DNA of 64,000 bases from the NCBI RefSeq assembly GCF_009914755.1, contig NC_060934.1, one strand, 5' to 3'. The notes under the pieces were generated by a model. The model did not search any database and was not told the origin of the DNA. It was given only the letters and a program-made list of their open reading frames with translations. The position numbers and the translations under genes are program-made. The DNA comes from the human T2T-CHM13v2.0 reference genome, Homo sapiens. Below, piece after piece: positions 1 to 12,870 of the stretch (position 1 is its first letter; every line of letters begins with the position of its first letter).

Positions 1-308
1 GCCATCATCACTGAAGGTGAAAAATCTTAACTTTAACAGTAGAAACCATGTGGTTGTCAGGTTTTCAGGAAAACAAAGAGGAGATTAAATGTGTGGGTGG
101 CATGGGAAGGGTGAGTTGGTATGGGTTGGGAAAGGCAGCAACAACTTCATTTCCCTGAGCAGTTTCCATTGTAATCAATGTATTGGGTCAGCACCAACCT
201 CTACCTGAGGTAAAATATTTAACGCATGTTTCTGTCAGCCTTGGAATATGCTTTGCCCTCTTAGGTTTATATTTGTGAGTTTGGGGTCTGGGTTAGGCCC
301 AAAACTAG

Positions 309-644
<336 letters not shown>

Positions 645-3112
645 CTTCCATGAGTTTTATATCCAGCTACAGCCTCTGAGGACCCAATTATATGAAGTTT
701 TCTGAACTGAAACAAAATTCAGGAGCGTGACCAGAGAAAAGGCTCCATTTTCCCCCTCACTGTTGCCCTAGTCCTGGGGAAATTAACATGGTGGACAGTT
801 ATCTCTGACCTTCTCTCAGCAGTTGATTGTACAAAATGGGGGAGTAAGACATAACCACAGGTTCTCTTCCTGCAGAAAAGAAGCTGGAAATGGATCCTCT
901 CTTTTATAAAAATATTCCACAATGACCAATGTGAAGCAGCATTATCGAGAGCATGCATTCTCAGCAGGGGCGACTTACCCCTAAGGAGCAACAACTGCTC
1001 CTTGAGGATGGGGCAAAAAAAATATCAAATACTCAATGGTGCGTAGGCTTCCAGGGGTCCACAACACACAGCACTGCTACAGAGCACATCACCAGCGTTC
1101 AAATGTTATGGATTGTGTGGGGTTGCAATTAGGAAAAACGAAATCTCTGAAAAGGCTCTTTAAGGGTACCATAATTAAAGTATGGTTAAAAATCATTGGT
1201 CCAGGGTAAGGTATGATTTTAGGAGCTGCAGGATTGATAGCTATTTGCGTACACTTCTCCATGGAGCATTGACACAATTCGTAACTTTTTCAAAAGAAAA
1301 TAGAATCCAGGAATTTTTGATATGGAAAGAGTTCAGTATCTAAAACTAACAGTAAGAAAAACCTTTTAAAAAATAATATCATCCTTGAGGCACAGGAGTC
1401 TTACTCTCTCTGAAGTATTCCCTCAAGTACATTTAAAAAAAAAGGACAATGTTCAGATCCAAGAGGCTGGACAGAAACAAGTGCCTGTAATTATTCCTGA
1501 TACGTTAATCCTGAAGATGAACGTGAGCTGTCTTGGTATCTATGGGAAAAAGATCCATTATCTAGTACATAGTTCTGTGTGGGTTTCTGAAAGTGGACAC
1601 ATTTTACTCTGGATCTAGTCTTTTAAACTACATACTGGTAAATGTTGACAATTGAGAACACTGCTTCTGTTTTGTAATGTAGTATAACCCAAGAGATTTG
1701 TCTGTATTTATAGAAGTTCTTTTCAGAGGTAACCAAATCAAACTCTTTAAAAATATTGCCATTTGCATTTCCGTGATTTTAATTAATTTAGTTTAGTATT
1801 ATCTGTCTGTTTTTTATTGGATAATCTTGATATACAATATTCAGTTTTACTCACCATCTATTATTTTGATTGCACAGAATAATGAAATTATGTTATTTTT
1901 AAGTATATTCAAAAACCTTTGTTTAGAAATTATTATATTTTTATAAGAAGGTGTTAATTGTTTGGTTCTTATTAAAACCTAGTAGTCATTTATAGAAAAA
2001 TTATCGATAATGTTGTAGGAGAATAGTATTAAAGATAGAAAGCTTATACCCCCTGATTTCACCATAGGAACTTAAACTTTGATAAATGAAGGCTTGGCTC
2101 TACTTCTGCAGAAATTGCAATATAGACAATTCTAGCCTAAAGTGAGGGGAAAGTTGTTTCTGTTTAGGTTTAAAAATTGTGAAGCAAAATCTTGTAGGCC
2201 TAAATAGGAGTTAAAATAGACCAGTATCTTTTGCCCAATGGATCTCAAAAATAAATGAACAGGTACTGAAAAGAATATTCTTTAATGTCAAATTTCAATC
2301 TTGATCTTTAATAAGGTTATAGCAGGAAAATTATGAAGGGCCTTAAGAAAAATCATTCTGAAAATAAATCAGACCTCTGATTTCCAGTCTGGTATATAAG
2401 CTTGGAAGTCATGCCATAGCCCCATCCTAATACCAAGTAGAAAGCAGAACAAACTGAAAATCAAAAACTCTTTGTAGAACCTTCAGACAAGGGAGGACGT
2501 AGGGCAAGCCTCTGCATCTTGGATTGGAGAGACAGACAGGAAAATACAGAGAATTACAACCTGCCAGAGTGGAGAGCCACAAGCAGAAACATCCGGGGAA
2601 ACAAGCACAAGGGCATGGAAACCTGAACTGTAATTAGTGAATTGCTGAAGGCTCAGTGTGGACAAGTCTGAGAGTCAAGAACTCCAGGGGGCCCAGTCAT
2701 AGGGGCACCCTCCAATCCTTGCAATTTTGTGAGCTTCACCTCTAGGAGCTCAGCTCTTCTAAGTTCTCACAGTGACTGTCTGAGAAAAATCCTCTCATTC
2801 TTCCAGCAGAGAAGAAAAAGTAACCATTTTGAAATATGTCAGAAATGTCTGTTCTTGAAAAGGCCTGCCCACAGGAGAAACTATCTTCCCAGTGCCTAAC
2901 CAACCTGAGGGAAGGCAAATTCCTATTTCCAGCCCCTTCTAGCAATCCTGTCTCACATAAGTGGGGAGAAAACTGAGAAACACTGGTAAAACCCACAGAC
3001 CAGGGGCACAGGCTCACCTTAACCTAATCATAAAACTACACAGCACTTTCCTTCCCTCTGCCCCTTACTACTACATCATTACATGCCTCATTACCAGACT
3101 TCCTTAAATAGG

Positions 3113-4727
3113 AATAAACTAGGTGTTGATGGAACGTATCTCAAAAAAATAAGAGCTATCTATGACAAACCCACAGCCAATATGATACTGAATGGGCAAA
3201 AACTGGAAGCATTCCCTTTGAAAACCAGCACAAGACAAAGATGCCCTCTCTCACCACTCCTATTCAATATTGTGTTGGAAGTTCTGGCCAGGGCAGTCAG
3301 GCAAGAGAAAGAAATAAAGAGTATTCAATTAGGAAAAGAGGAAGTCAAATTGTCCCTTTTTGCAGATGACATGATTGTATATTTACAAACCCCCATTCTC
3401 TCAGCCCAAAATCTCCTTAAGCTGATAAGCAACTTCAGCAAAGTCTCAGGATACAAAATCAATGTGCAAAAATCACAAGCATTCCTATACACCAATAACA
3501 GACAAACAGAGAGCCAAATCATGAGTGAACTCCCATTCACAATTGCTACAAAGAGAATAAAATACCTAGGAATCCAACTTACAAGGGATGTGAAGGGCCT
3601 CTTCAAGGAGAACTGCAAAGCACTGCTCAACAATATAAAAGAGGACACAAACAAATGGAGGAACATTCCATGTGCATGGGTAGGAAGAATCAATATCATG
3701 AAAATGGCCATACTGCCCAAGGTAATTTATAGATTCAATGCTATCGCCATCAAGCTACCAATGACTTTCTTCACAGAATTGGAGAAAACTACTTTAAAGT
3801 TTATATGGAACCAAAAAAGAGCCCACATTGCCAAGACAATCCTAAGCAAAAAGAACAAAGCTGGAGGCATCATGCTACCTGACTTCAAACTATACTACAA
3901 GGCTACAGTAACCAAAACAGCACGGTACTGGTACCAAAACAGAGATATAGACCAATGGAACAGAAAAGAGCCCTCAAAAATAACACCACACATCTACAAC
4001 CATCTGATCTTTGAAAAACCTGACAAAAAAAAGCAATGGGGAAAGGATCCCCTATTTAATAAATGGTGCTGGGAAAACTGGCTAACAATATGTAAAAAGC
4101 TGAAACTGGATCCCTTCCTTACACCTTTTACAAAAATTAATTCAAGATGGATTAAGGACGTAAATGTTAGACCTAAAACCATAAAAACTCTAGAAGAAAA
4201 CCTAGCCTCAATGCCATTCAGCAGGTAGGCATGGGCAAGGACTTCATGCCTAAAACACCAAAAGCAGTGGCACCAAAAGCCAAAATAGACAAATGGGATC
4301 TAATTAAACTAAAGAGCCTCTGCACAGCAACCATCAGAGTGAACAGGCAACCTACAGAATGGGAAAACATTTTTGCAATCTACTCATCTGACAAAGGGCT
4401 GATATCCAGAATCTGCAAAGAACTTAAACAAGTTTACAAGAAAAAAACAACCCCATCAAAAAGTGCACGAAGGATATGAACAGACACTTCTCAAAAAAAG
4501 ACATTTATGTAGCCAACAGACACATGAAAAAATGCTTATCATCACTGGTCACCAGAGAAATGCAAATCAAAACCACAATGAGATACCATCTCACACCAGT
4601 TAGAATGGTGGTCATTAAAAAGTCAGGAAACAACAGATGCTGGAGAGGATATGGAGAAATAGGAATGTTTTTACACTGTTGGTGGGAGTGTAAATTAGTT
4701 CAACCATTGTGGAAGACAGTGTGGTGA
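3113..4727 (+). pseudogene. Frameshifted L1 ORF2p fragment (reverse transcriptase domain to Cys-rich C-terminus)
   Basis: ORFs 3083-4228, 4231-4479 and 4476-4727 carry [27 protein letters not shown] (RT FADD motif) and [17 protein letters not shown]; broken by frameshifts and lacks the endonuclease domain. Confidence 0.9.
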
Positions 4728-5320
4728 TTCCTCAAGGATCTAGAACTAGAAATGCCATTTGACCCAGCAATTTCATTACTGGGTATATACTCAAAGGATT
4801 GTAAATCATGCTACTATAAAGACACATGCACACGTATGTTTATTTTGGCACTATTCACAATAGCAAAGACTTGGAACCAACCAAAATGTCCATCAATGAT
4901 AGACCAGATTAAGAAAATGTGGCACATATATATCACAGAATACCACGCAGCCATAAAAAAGGATAAGTTCATGTCCTTTGCAGGGACATGGATGAAGCTG
5001 GAAACCATCATTCTCAGCAAACTATCACAAGGACAGAAAACCAAACACCACATGTTCTCACTTATAGGTGGGAATTGAACAATGAGAACACTTGGACACA
5101 TGGTGGGGAACATCACACACCAGGACAGGTTGGGAGGTGGGAGCTGTGGGAGGGATAGCATTAGGAGAAATACCTAATGTAAATAATGAGTTGAGGGTGC
5201 AGCAAACCAACATGGCACATGTATACCTATGTAACAAATCTGCACGTTGTGCACATGTACCCTGGAACTTAAAGTATAATAATTTTTAAAAAGTAAAGAA
5301 GAAAAGAAAGAAAAAAAATT
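3113..5320 (+). mobile_element. 5'-truncated LINE-1 (L1PA6-like): 3' half of ORF2, 3' UTR and A-rich tail
   Basis: ORF2p RT and C-terminal sequence; 3' UTR words TCATGCTACTATAAAGAC, GAACACTTGGACAC and GGAGAAATACCTAATGTAAAT; tail 5271-5318. Confidence 0.92.
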
Positions 5321-5607
5321 GATAGGATCTTGCTTTGTCCCCCAGGCAGGAATGCAATGGCACTATCATAGCTTACTGCAGCCTTGAACTTCTGGACCCA
5401 AGTGATCCTCCTGCCTCAGTCCTCTTTGTAGCTGGAACCAGAAGTGTGTACCACTATGCCTGGCTAATATTTTTATTTTTTTATTTTTGTAGAGACAGGG
5501 TCTTGTTATGTTGCCCAGGCTGTTCTCAAACTCCTATCCTCAAGCCATCCTCCCATCTCAGCCACTCAACTTGCTGGAATTACCAGCGGAAGCCACTGTG
5601 CCCAGCC
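5321..5607 (-). mobile_element. AluJ (separated from its left TSD by the L1PA6)
   Basis: Antisense AluJ; TSD CAGACT(T/C)CCTT at 3095-3105 and 5608-5618. Confidence 0.9.
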
Positions 5608-6268
5608 CAGACTCCCTTTTACCTAGTATATCATGTCTAATTTCTAACAAAAAATTAAAAAAACATTGTAAGAGGAAAAAAAGAAACCCTAAAACAAACA
5701 AGCAAACAAAAAACCCAAAACAACAAAAAGTTTCAAGAAACAGAGCTAGCTGACAGAACTATATTCAGATATGGCAGGTATATTAGAATTATCAGATTGG
5801 TAATTTTAAACAACTATGACTAATATGGTAAGAGTGATAATGGAAAAAATAGACAATTTGCAAGAACAGATCAGTAATATAAGCAGAGAAATGGAAAGTC
5901 TAAGAAAGAATCAAATAAAAATTCTAGAGGTCAAGAAACTAACAAAAATGAAGCATGGTGTTGAAGCCTCATTAGCAGACTGGATGTGGGTGAGGAAAGA
6001 ATCTGGAGCTTCAGTATATTTCAAGAGAAACTTCCAAAAATGAAAGCAAAGGGAAAAAGACTGAATAAAAAAGGAACAGAATATCCAAGAACAGTGGGAC
6101 AACTATAAAAGATGTAAGTATGCATAGTGGAACCCCAGAAGGAGAGGAAAGAGAGAAAGGAATAGAAGAAATATTCAAAGCAATAATGAATGAGATTTTT
6201 CTAAATTAATATGTGACACGAAACCACAGATTCAGGAAGCTCAGAGAACAACAAACAGGATAAAAGCC

Positions 6269-6292
6269 AAAAAAAAAAAAAAAAAAAAAAAA
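6269..6292 (+). repeat. A24 mononucleotide run inside the L1MC1 ORF1 remnant
   Basis: 24 consecutive A. Confidence 0.95.
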
Positions 6293-8577
6293 CCACATCT
6301 AAGGCATATCATATCTAAACTGCAGGAAACCAAGGATAAAAAAATAAATCTTTGAAAGAAACCAGAGGAGGGAAAAATAAACCTTACTTATAGAGGAATA
6401 AAGATGCAAACTGCAGCTGTCTTTTCAGAAACCACACAAGCAAGAAGAGAGTGGAATAAAAAGTACTGAGAGGAAAATCCTTCAACCTAGAATTCTGTAT
6501 CCTGTGAAATTATCCTTCAAAAGTTAGGGAGAAAGACTTTCTCAGACCAACAAAAATTAATGGAATCTGTTACCAGTAGACCTGTCTTACAAGAAATGTT
6601 AAAGAAAGTTCTTTAGAAAGAAGAAATGTGATGTAGGTCAAGGAATCTCAGATCTACATAAAGGAATGCACAATGTTAGAGAAGTAGTAAGTGATGGTAA
6701 AATGGAAGTTTTTACCTTTAAAAATTCTCAGTTTATCTAACAGATAACAGTTTGTTCAAAATCGTGATAGCAACACTGAATTTAGTGATTATAGCTTATG
6801 TATAAGTGCAGTGAATGACTGCAATGGTACAAGGGACAGGAGAGAGGAATTAGTAATATTTTGTTATACCCCTGAACCTAAAATCAAAGTTGTTTAACAA
6901 AGATATCTGCCCTACTTGTAAAGTCATATTGTACTATTTGAAAGTGGATTTGCGTTAGTTATAAGTATATGTTGGAAACTGCAGGGCAACCACAAAAAAA
7001 TGTAAAAAAGAAGTGTAACCAATATGCTAAGAAAAGAGAGAAAATGGAATCATAGAAAATGGTCAGTTAAAGCCATGAAAGGAAGAAACAGTTGAAAGCA
7101 AAGATAGAAAGATATGGTAGATATATGGTAGATATAAATACAACTATAACAATAATCCCCAAATGCATGAAGATTAAGCAACATAATTCTAAATAACACA
7201 TGGTTCAAAGACATTTCAAAAGAAATTTTAAAAATTGAACTACATAACCATACACCTGATTAAAATTTGTGGAATACAGCAAAAATACTGTTTAAAGGAA
7301 AAGCAGAGGAAAATTTTAGCATTGAATGCATATATTAGAAGACAAGAAAGATCTAAAATCAATAATCTAAGCTTCCACTTTAGAAACTAGAAAAAGAAGA
7401 GCAAATTAAATCCAAAGTAAGCTGAAGAAAATAAATAATAAAAATTGGAGAAGAAATCAATGAAATTGAAAACAGAAAATTGATAGAGAAAAATCAATGA
7501 AATAAAAAGCTATTTTGTTTTCTTTTAAAAAGACCTCTATGAGGTCAGCATCTATCTAAAATTAAACCAAAGACATTACAAGAAAAGGAAGCTAAAAACC
7601 AATATCTCTCATGAACATAGATGAGAAAATTCTCAACAAATTATTAGCAAATTTTATCCAACAATTATGAAAAGAATTATATACCATGACCAACTAGGAT
7701 TTATCCCACATCGGTAAGGCTGGTTTAACAATCCAAAATCAATTTAAGTAATCCATCTCAACAGGCTAAACAAGAAAAACTGCATGATCATATAAATAGA
7801 ACCAGAAAAAGCATTTGCAAAATTCTACATTCATTCATGGTAAATCTTCAACTTGGAAAAAGACATCTACAAAAAAACCTATAGCTAACAACACACTTAA
7901 TGATGAGAAACTAGAAGCTTTCCTGCTAAGATCAGGTAAGAGGCAGGGATGTTCTTTTCTCATCACTCCTTTTCAACACTTTTGGGAAGTTGAGCTAATA
8001 CAATAATAAAATAAAATAAGAGGTGTACTGATTGGGAAAAAATAAAACTGTCTTTGTTTGAAGAACACATGATAATCTAGGCAGAAAATCTGAAAGAATC
8101 AACAAAATACTCCTTGATTATAGCAAGGTTGTAGGATGCAAAGTTATATACAAAAGTTAATTATTTTCCTATATGCCATCAATGAACAAGTAAAATTTCA
8201 AATTGAAAAACAAAATCATTTTCATTAGCACTTCCAAATATAAAATACCTAGGTATAAATCTAACAAAATGTGTACAATATCTATATGAAGAAAATGATA
8301 AAAATCTGGAAGAAATAAATAAATTGAGAGATATTCCATGTTCATCGATTTAAAGGCTCAATATTGTCAAGCTGTCACTTTTCCCAACTTGAGGTATAGA
8401 GTCAACACAATCCCAATCAAAATCCCAGTAAAATGTTTTTTTGGGTATGTACAACTAATATTAAAGTTTATATGGGGAGTCGAAGATCTAGAATTAGCAA
8501 CATGTTACTGAGGGAGAAGAACAATAGTGGAGGTCTGACAATGCTTGACTTCAAGACTTCCTATAAAGCTAAGTAAT

Positions 8578-9639
8578 TATTGGGGGAAGTTCAGCCCCCG
8601 ATATTTTAACATGAGTCCTTTTCTACTTTCCCTAAGTGTTGGCTGGTCTGAGAAATAAAGGGAAAGAGTACAAAAGAGAGAAATTTTAAAGGTGGGTGTC
8701 CAGGGGAGACATCACATGTCGGCAGTTTCCCTGATGCCCCCCAAGCCACAAAACCAGCAAGTTTTTATTAGTGATTTCAAAAGGGGAGGGAGTGTATGAA
8801 TAGGGTGTGGGTCACAGAGATCCCACGCTTCACAAGGTAATAAAATATCACAAGGCAAATGGAGGCAGGGTGAGATCACAGGACCGAGGCAAAATTAAAA
8901 TTGCTAATGAAGTTTTGGGCATGGATTGTCATTGATAACATCTTATCAGGAGACAGGGTTTGAGAGCAGACAACCGGTCTGACCAAAATTTATGAGGCGG
9001 GAATTTCCTTGTCCCAATAATCCTAGGAGCGCTTCGGGAGATGGGGGCTTATTTCGTCCCCTATTAACAACCGTAAAAGACAGACAGTCCCAAACTGGCC
9101 ATTTTAGAGACCTCCCCTTGGGAACGCAGTCTCCTTCTCAGGGATGTTCCTTGCTGAGAAAAAGAATTCAGTGATATTTCTCCTATTTGCTTTTGAAAGA
9201 AGAGAAATATGGCTCTGTTCTGCCTGGCTCTCAGGCAGCCAGACCTAATGGTTATCTCCCTTGTTCCCTGAACATTGCTGTTATCCTGTTCTTTTTTCAA
9301 GGTGCCCAGATTTCATATTGTTTAAACAATTTGTGCAGTTAACACAATCATCACAGGGTCCTGAGGTGACATTCATCCTCAGCTTAGGAAGATGATGGGA
9401 TTAAGAGATTAAAGGAAAGACAGGCATAGGAAATCACAAGAGTATTGATTGGGGAAGTGATAAGTGTCCATGAAATCTTCACAATTTATGTTCAGAGATT
9501 GCAGTAAAGACAGGCATAAGAAATTATAAAAGTATTAATTTGGGGAACTAATAAATGTCCATGAAATCTTCACAATTTCTGTTCTTCTGCTATGGCTTCA
9601 GCCAGTCCCTCCATTCGGGGTCCCTGACTTCCCGCAACA
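8578..9639 (-). mobile_element. MER11 solo LTR (HERV-K11/HML-8 LTR, MER11C-like)
   Basis: Minus strand begins TGTTGCGGGAAGTCAGGGACCCCGAA and ends ...TTCCCCCAATA; internal duplicated unit at ~9415-9590; TSD GTAAT at 8573-8577 and 9640-9644; interrupts L1 ORF2 sequence. Confidence 0.93.
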
Positions 9640-11199
9640 GTAATCAAGACAAAGTGGTGTTGTTAAATGAATGACCAGTAAATCAGTGAAACAAAATAAA
9701 GATCTCAGAAATAGACCATAAATATCATCAACTGATCTTGGGTAAAGAAACAAAAGCAACATAATGGAGCAAAGATAGTCTTTTCAACAAACGGAACTGG
9801 AACACTTGGACATCCATATGCATAAAAATAAATCTAGATATAGGCTTTACGCTCTTCACAAAAAATGCACTCAAAATGGATTATAGACTTAAATGTAAAG
9901 AGCAAGCTTAATAAAACTCCTAGAAGATAACGGGAGAAAATCTAGGTGACCTACACTATGGCTATGAATTTTTAGATTCAACACCAAAAGCATGATCCTT
10001 GAAAGAAATAATCGATAGGCTGGACTTTATTTACAAACTTCTGCTCTGCTGAAGAGCCTGTCAAAAAAATAAGCCAAAGATTTGGAGTAAATAGTTGCAA
10101 AAGATCTATCTGATAAAGGACTTTATCCAAAATAAGCAAAGAACTCTTAAAATTCAACAATAAGAAAGTAAACACTGTGATTTAAAAATGGGCAAAACAC
10201 TTGAACAGATACTACACCAAAGGAGATATACAGATGGCAAGTGAGCAATCAAGAAGATGCTCCACATCATATCCCATTAAGGAATTGTAAATTAAAACAA
10301 CAGTGAGATGCCACAACACGCCTATTAGAATCACCAAAACTCTAAACACTGGCAACATCAGGTGCTGGGGAGGAAGTAGAATAACAGGGACTCTCATTCA
10401 CTGCTGGTTGGAATGAAAATGGTACAGCTGTTTTGAAAGACGGTTTGGCAGTTTCTTACAAAACTACACACTCTTGCCATACGATGCAGTAATCTCTTTA
10501 GCATGTACTTGAATGAGTTGAAAACTTATGTCCATACAAAAACCTGCACATGGATGATTACAGCAGCTTTTTAAAGAATCGCCAAGTCTTAGAAGCGACT
10601 GAGATATCCTTCAGGAGGTGAGGGGATAAACACATTGTGGTACATCCAGAGATGGAATATTATTCAGTGATGCAAAGAAATTAGCCACAAAAAGACACGG
10701 AGGGAACCTAAATGCATAATACTAAGTGAAGGAAGCCAATCTGATAAGGCTGCGCACTGTGTGATTCCAAGTATGACATCCTGGAAAAGGCAAAACTGTA
10801 GAAGCAGTAAAAGAGTTGGTGATTGCCAGGGTTTAGTGAGGAAGGAGGCATGAATAGTCAGATCACAGGGGAGTTTTAGGGCGGAGGAAATGTTCCGTAT
10901 GATATTGTAATGGTAGATACGTATCACTGCCCATTTATCAGAATCCATAGCATGTACACACCAAGAGTGAACCTAATGTAAACTATGGGTAAACCATGGA
11001 CTCGGGGTGAGGACAATGTGTCAATGTAGGTACATCAGTTGTAACAAATGCACCACTCTGGTGGGGGATGTTGATAATGGAGGTTGGGCATGTTGGGGGA
11101 GGGGTAGAGGGTAGATGAGAATTCTCTGTACTTTTTTTCTCAGTGTTGCTGTGGGACTAAAACTACTTTTTTTTTTTAAAAAAAAATAAAGTTCATATA

Positions 11200-11550
11200 G
11201 ACTGGTCATGGTGGCTCACACCTATAATCCCAGAACCTTGGGAGACTGAGGTGGGAAGATCTCTTGAGGCCAGGAGTTTGAGACCAGCTGGGCAAAATAG
11301 TGAGACTCCAACTCTACAAAAACAAAAATTTAGCCAGGCATGACAGGGTGCATGTGTAGTGCTAGCTATTCAGGAGGCTGAGGTGAGAGCCTAGGAGGTT
11401 GAGACTGCAGTGAGCTATGATTGTGCCACTACACTCCAGCCTGGGCAACAGAGTGAGATCCTATTAGAAAGAAAGGAAGAAAAAGAGATAAAGGAGGGAA
11501 AGGAGGAGAAGGAGGGGCAGGAAGGAAGACAGGCAAGCAGGCAGGCAGGA
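11200..11550 (+). mobile_element. AluJ with GA-rich expanded tail, in the L1MC1 3' tail
   Basis: Dimeric Alu 11200-11466 followed by a GAAA/GGAA/GGCA tract. Confidence 0.9.
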
Positions 11551-12870
11551 TCTCTATATAAAGAAGTAAATCAGATGTCACTCTTTTACCGGAAATCTAA
11601 CAGAACAAATGTCTGCACAGACTTATATGTAAATGATCACAGCCACTTTATTCATCATAGCCCAAAATTGGGGGGATAATTGATCTTTTGGATGACAGAT
11701 CCCAAAAAACTGTAGAAAAAAGTGATAAAACAGTGATTTTAAATTCTGAGCAGACAGCACCCTTGGTAGATATCCAGCCTGAACCAGAATGATTGCTGAG
11801 GATGATCTGTGTGTTCCTGGGCTCATAGAGGTGCAAGGGCTGAATCAGGCTTGAGAAGTGGGGCCTGGATGGCTGTGGAGATGAGCTCTGTTGATGAAAG
11901 GCTGCAGCCCCGTGCTAGACATGAGGGTTTGCTGAACTTGCTGCATGAGGGCAGCTGAGGAGTGGCACTTTATACTTGGGGTACACCTTGTGCTCTTCCA
12001 CATAAAGCGTGATTTGATTTTGTATATTTTAATTGTTGGGCTAGCACCCGATGGTTAAAAACCTCACCTTGTCCCTTATCGAACGTGTCAAAGGGTTGTT
12101 TCAGTCTTTTAAACTTGGATTTATTTTTGGCCTCTTTCTTCTTATTCTTGTCCCTCACAGTTCATCTTTTATCAAACACTTCTCGACATTTTCTAGCTCA
12201 TTCTCTCCCTCCTTCTCAGCCACAGCCACCTCAGGCCTAGCTGAAAGCACCATATTGCTCCTAGCTGCCCTCTGCCTTCCAATTTATTCTGCAAACAGAA
12301 TCCAGGATCATATTGTTCATGCTGGTTTTGATCATGCCCCTGCAATCTGATAATTCCAGAGCACATCCCAAATGCCTTTGGAATCCAGTTAAACTTGAAC
12401 ATGTGACCTCTGTCAACTCTCTCTTCTCCTTCTCTCCATTCCTCTTTCCATATCCACAAAATTGATTTGGATGTCTATGTCACTGCTACTGTTCTGTGAT
12501 CACAAAGATCCAGTCCTGATTATGCTTTAAACACGCTGCCTCTCAAATCCAGGGCACAGCAAACACCACTGCACATGCAGGCTGTCTGTATGCTGTGCTC
12601 TGATACCATATTTTTCTTTACTTCATTTGTCTTCATGGTGAAATAGAGGTATAATGGGATGCAGGGGGCAAGGAGGCTTTCCGGAAAAGGAGTGGTCCAA
12701 GCTGACATTCTGTTTTTGTTGCCTGTGAATTTTCCCTGAAGCAAGCTCTGTCTTTGTGGAAGTTTCAGCATAATGGGATATCTGAGCACAACACTCATGG
12801 ACCTTCAGGATTTGATGCTTTGAGGCTACTCTCCAAGGCTACTTTTCCAGCTTCATTGCACACTCCTCCG

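Larger units (their letters stand above)
2374..11566 (+). mobile_element. Near full-length old LINE-1 (L1MC1-like) with internal deletions, interrupted by younger elements
   Basis: 5' region from ~2374; ORF1p coiled-coil remnant (ORF 5816-6043, MEKIDNLQEQISNISREMESLRKNQ); ORF2 remnants 7160-10480; L1MC1-type 3' UTR 10500-11198; TAAATCAGA at 2365-2373 and 11567-11575 as putative TSD. Confidence 0.8.

Noticed and set aside
1005-1205. Plus-strand GWG…C…M.C.G pattern resembling a trypsin-like protease
   Set aside because: No GDSGGP, catalytic His or Asp motifs; spacing is off and there are stops immediately upstream.
3083-4228. 381-aa ORF with a reverse transcriptase motif as a functional gene or novel RT system
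   Set aside because: It is an ordinary 5'-truncated L1 ORF2 lacking promoter, ORF1 and endonuclease, and frameshifted downstream; the ATG comes from flanking sequence.
9415-9590. Direct repeats resembling an array
   Set aside because: Intrinsic internal duplication of the MER11 LTR; no repeat-spacer structure and not CRISPR.
12051-12350. 99-aa hydrophobic ORF resembling a membrane protein
   Set aside because: Pyrimidine-rich, L2-like old repeat sequence; hydrophobicity follows from base composition.
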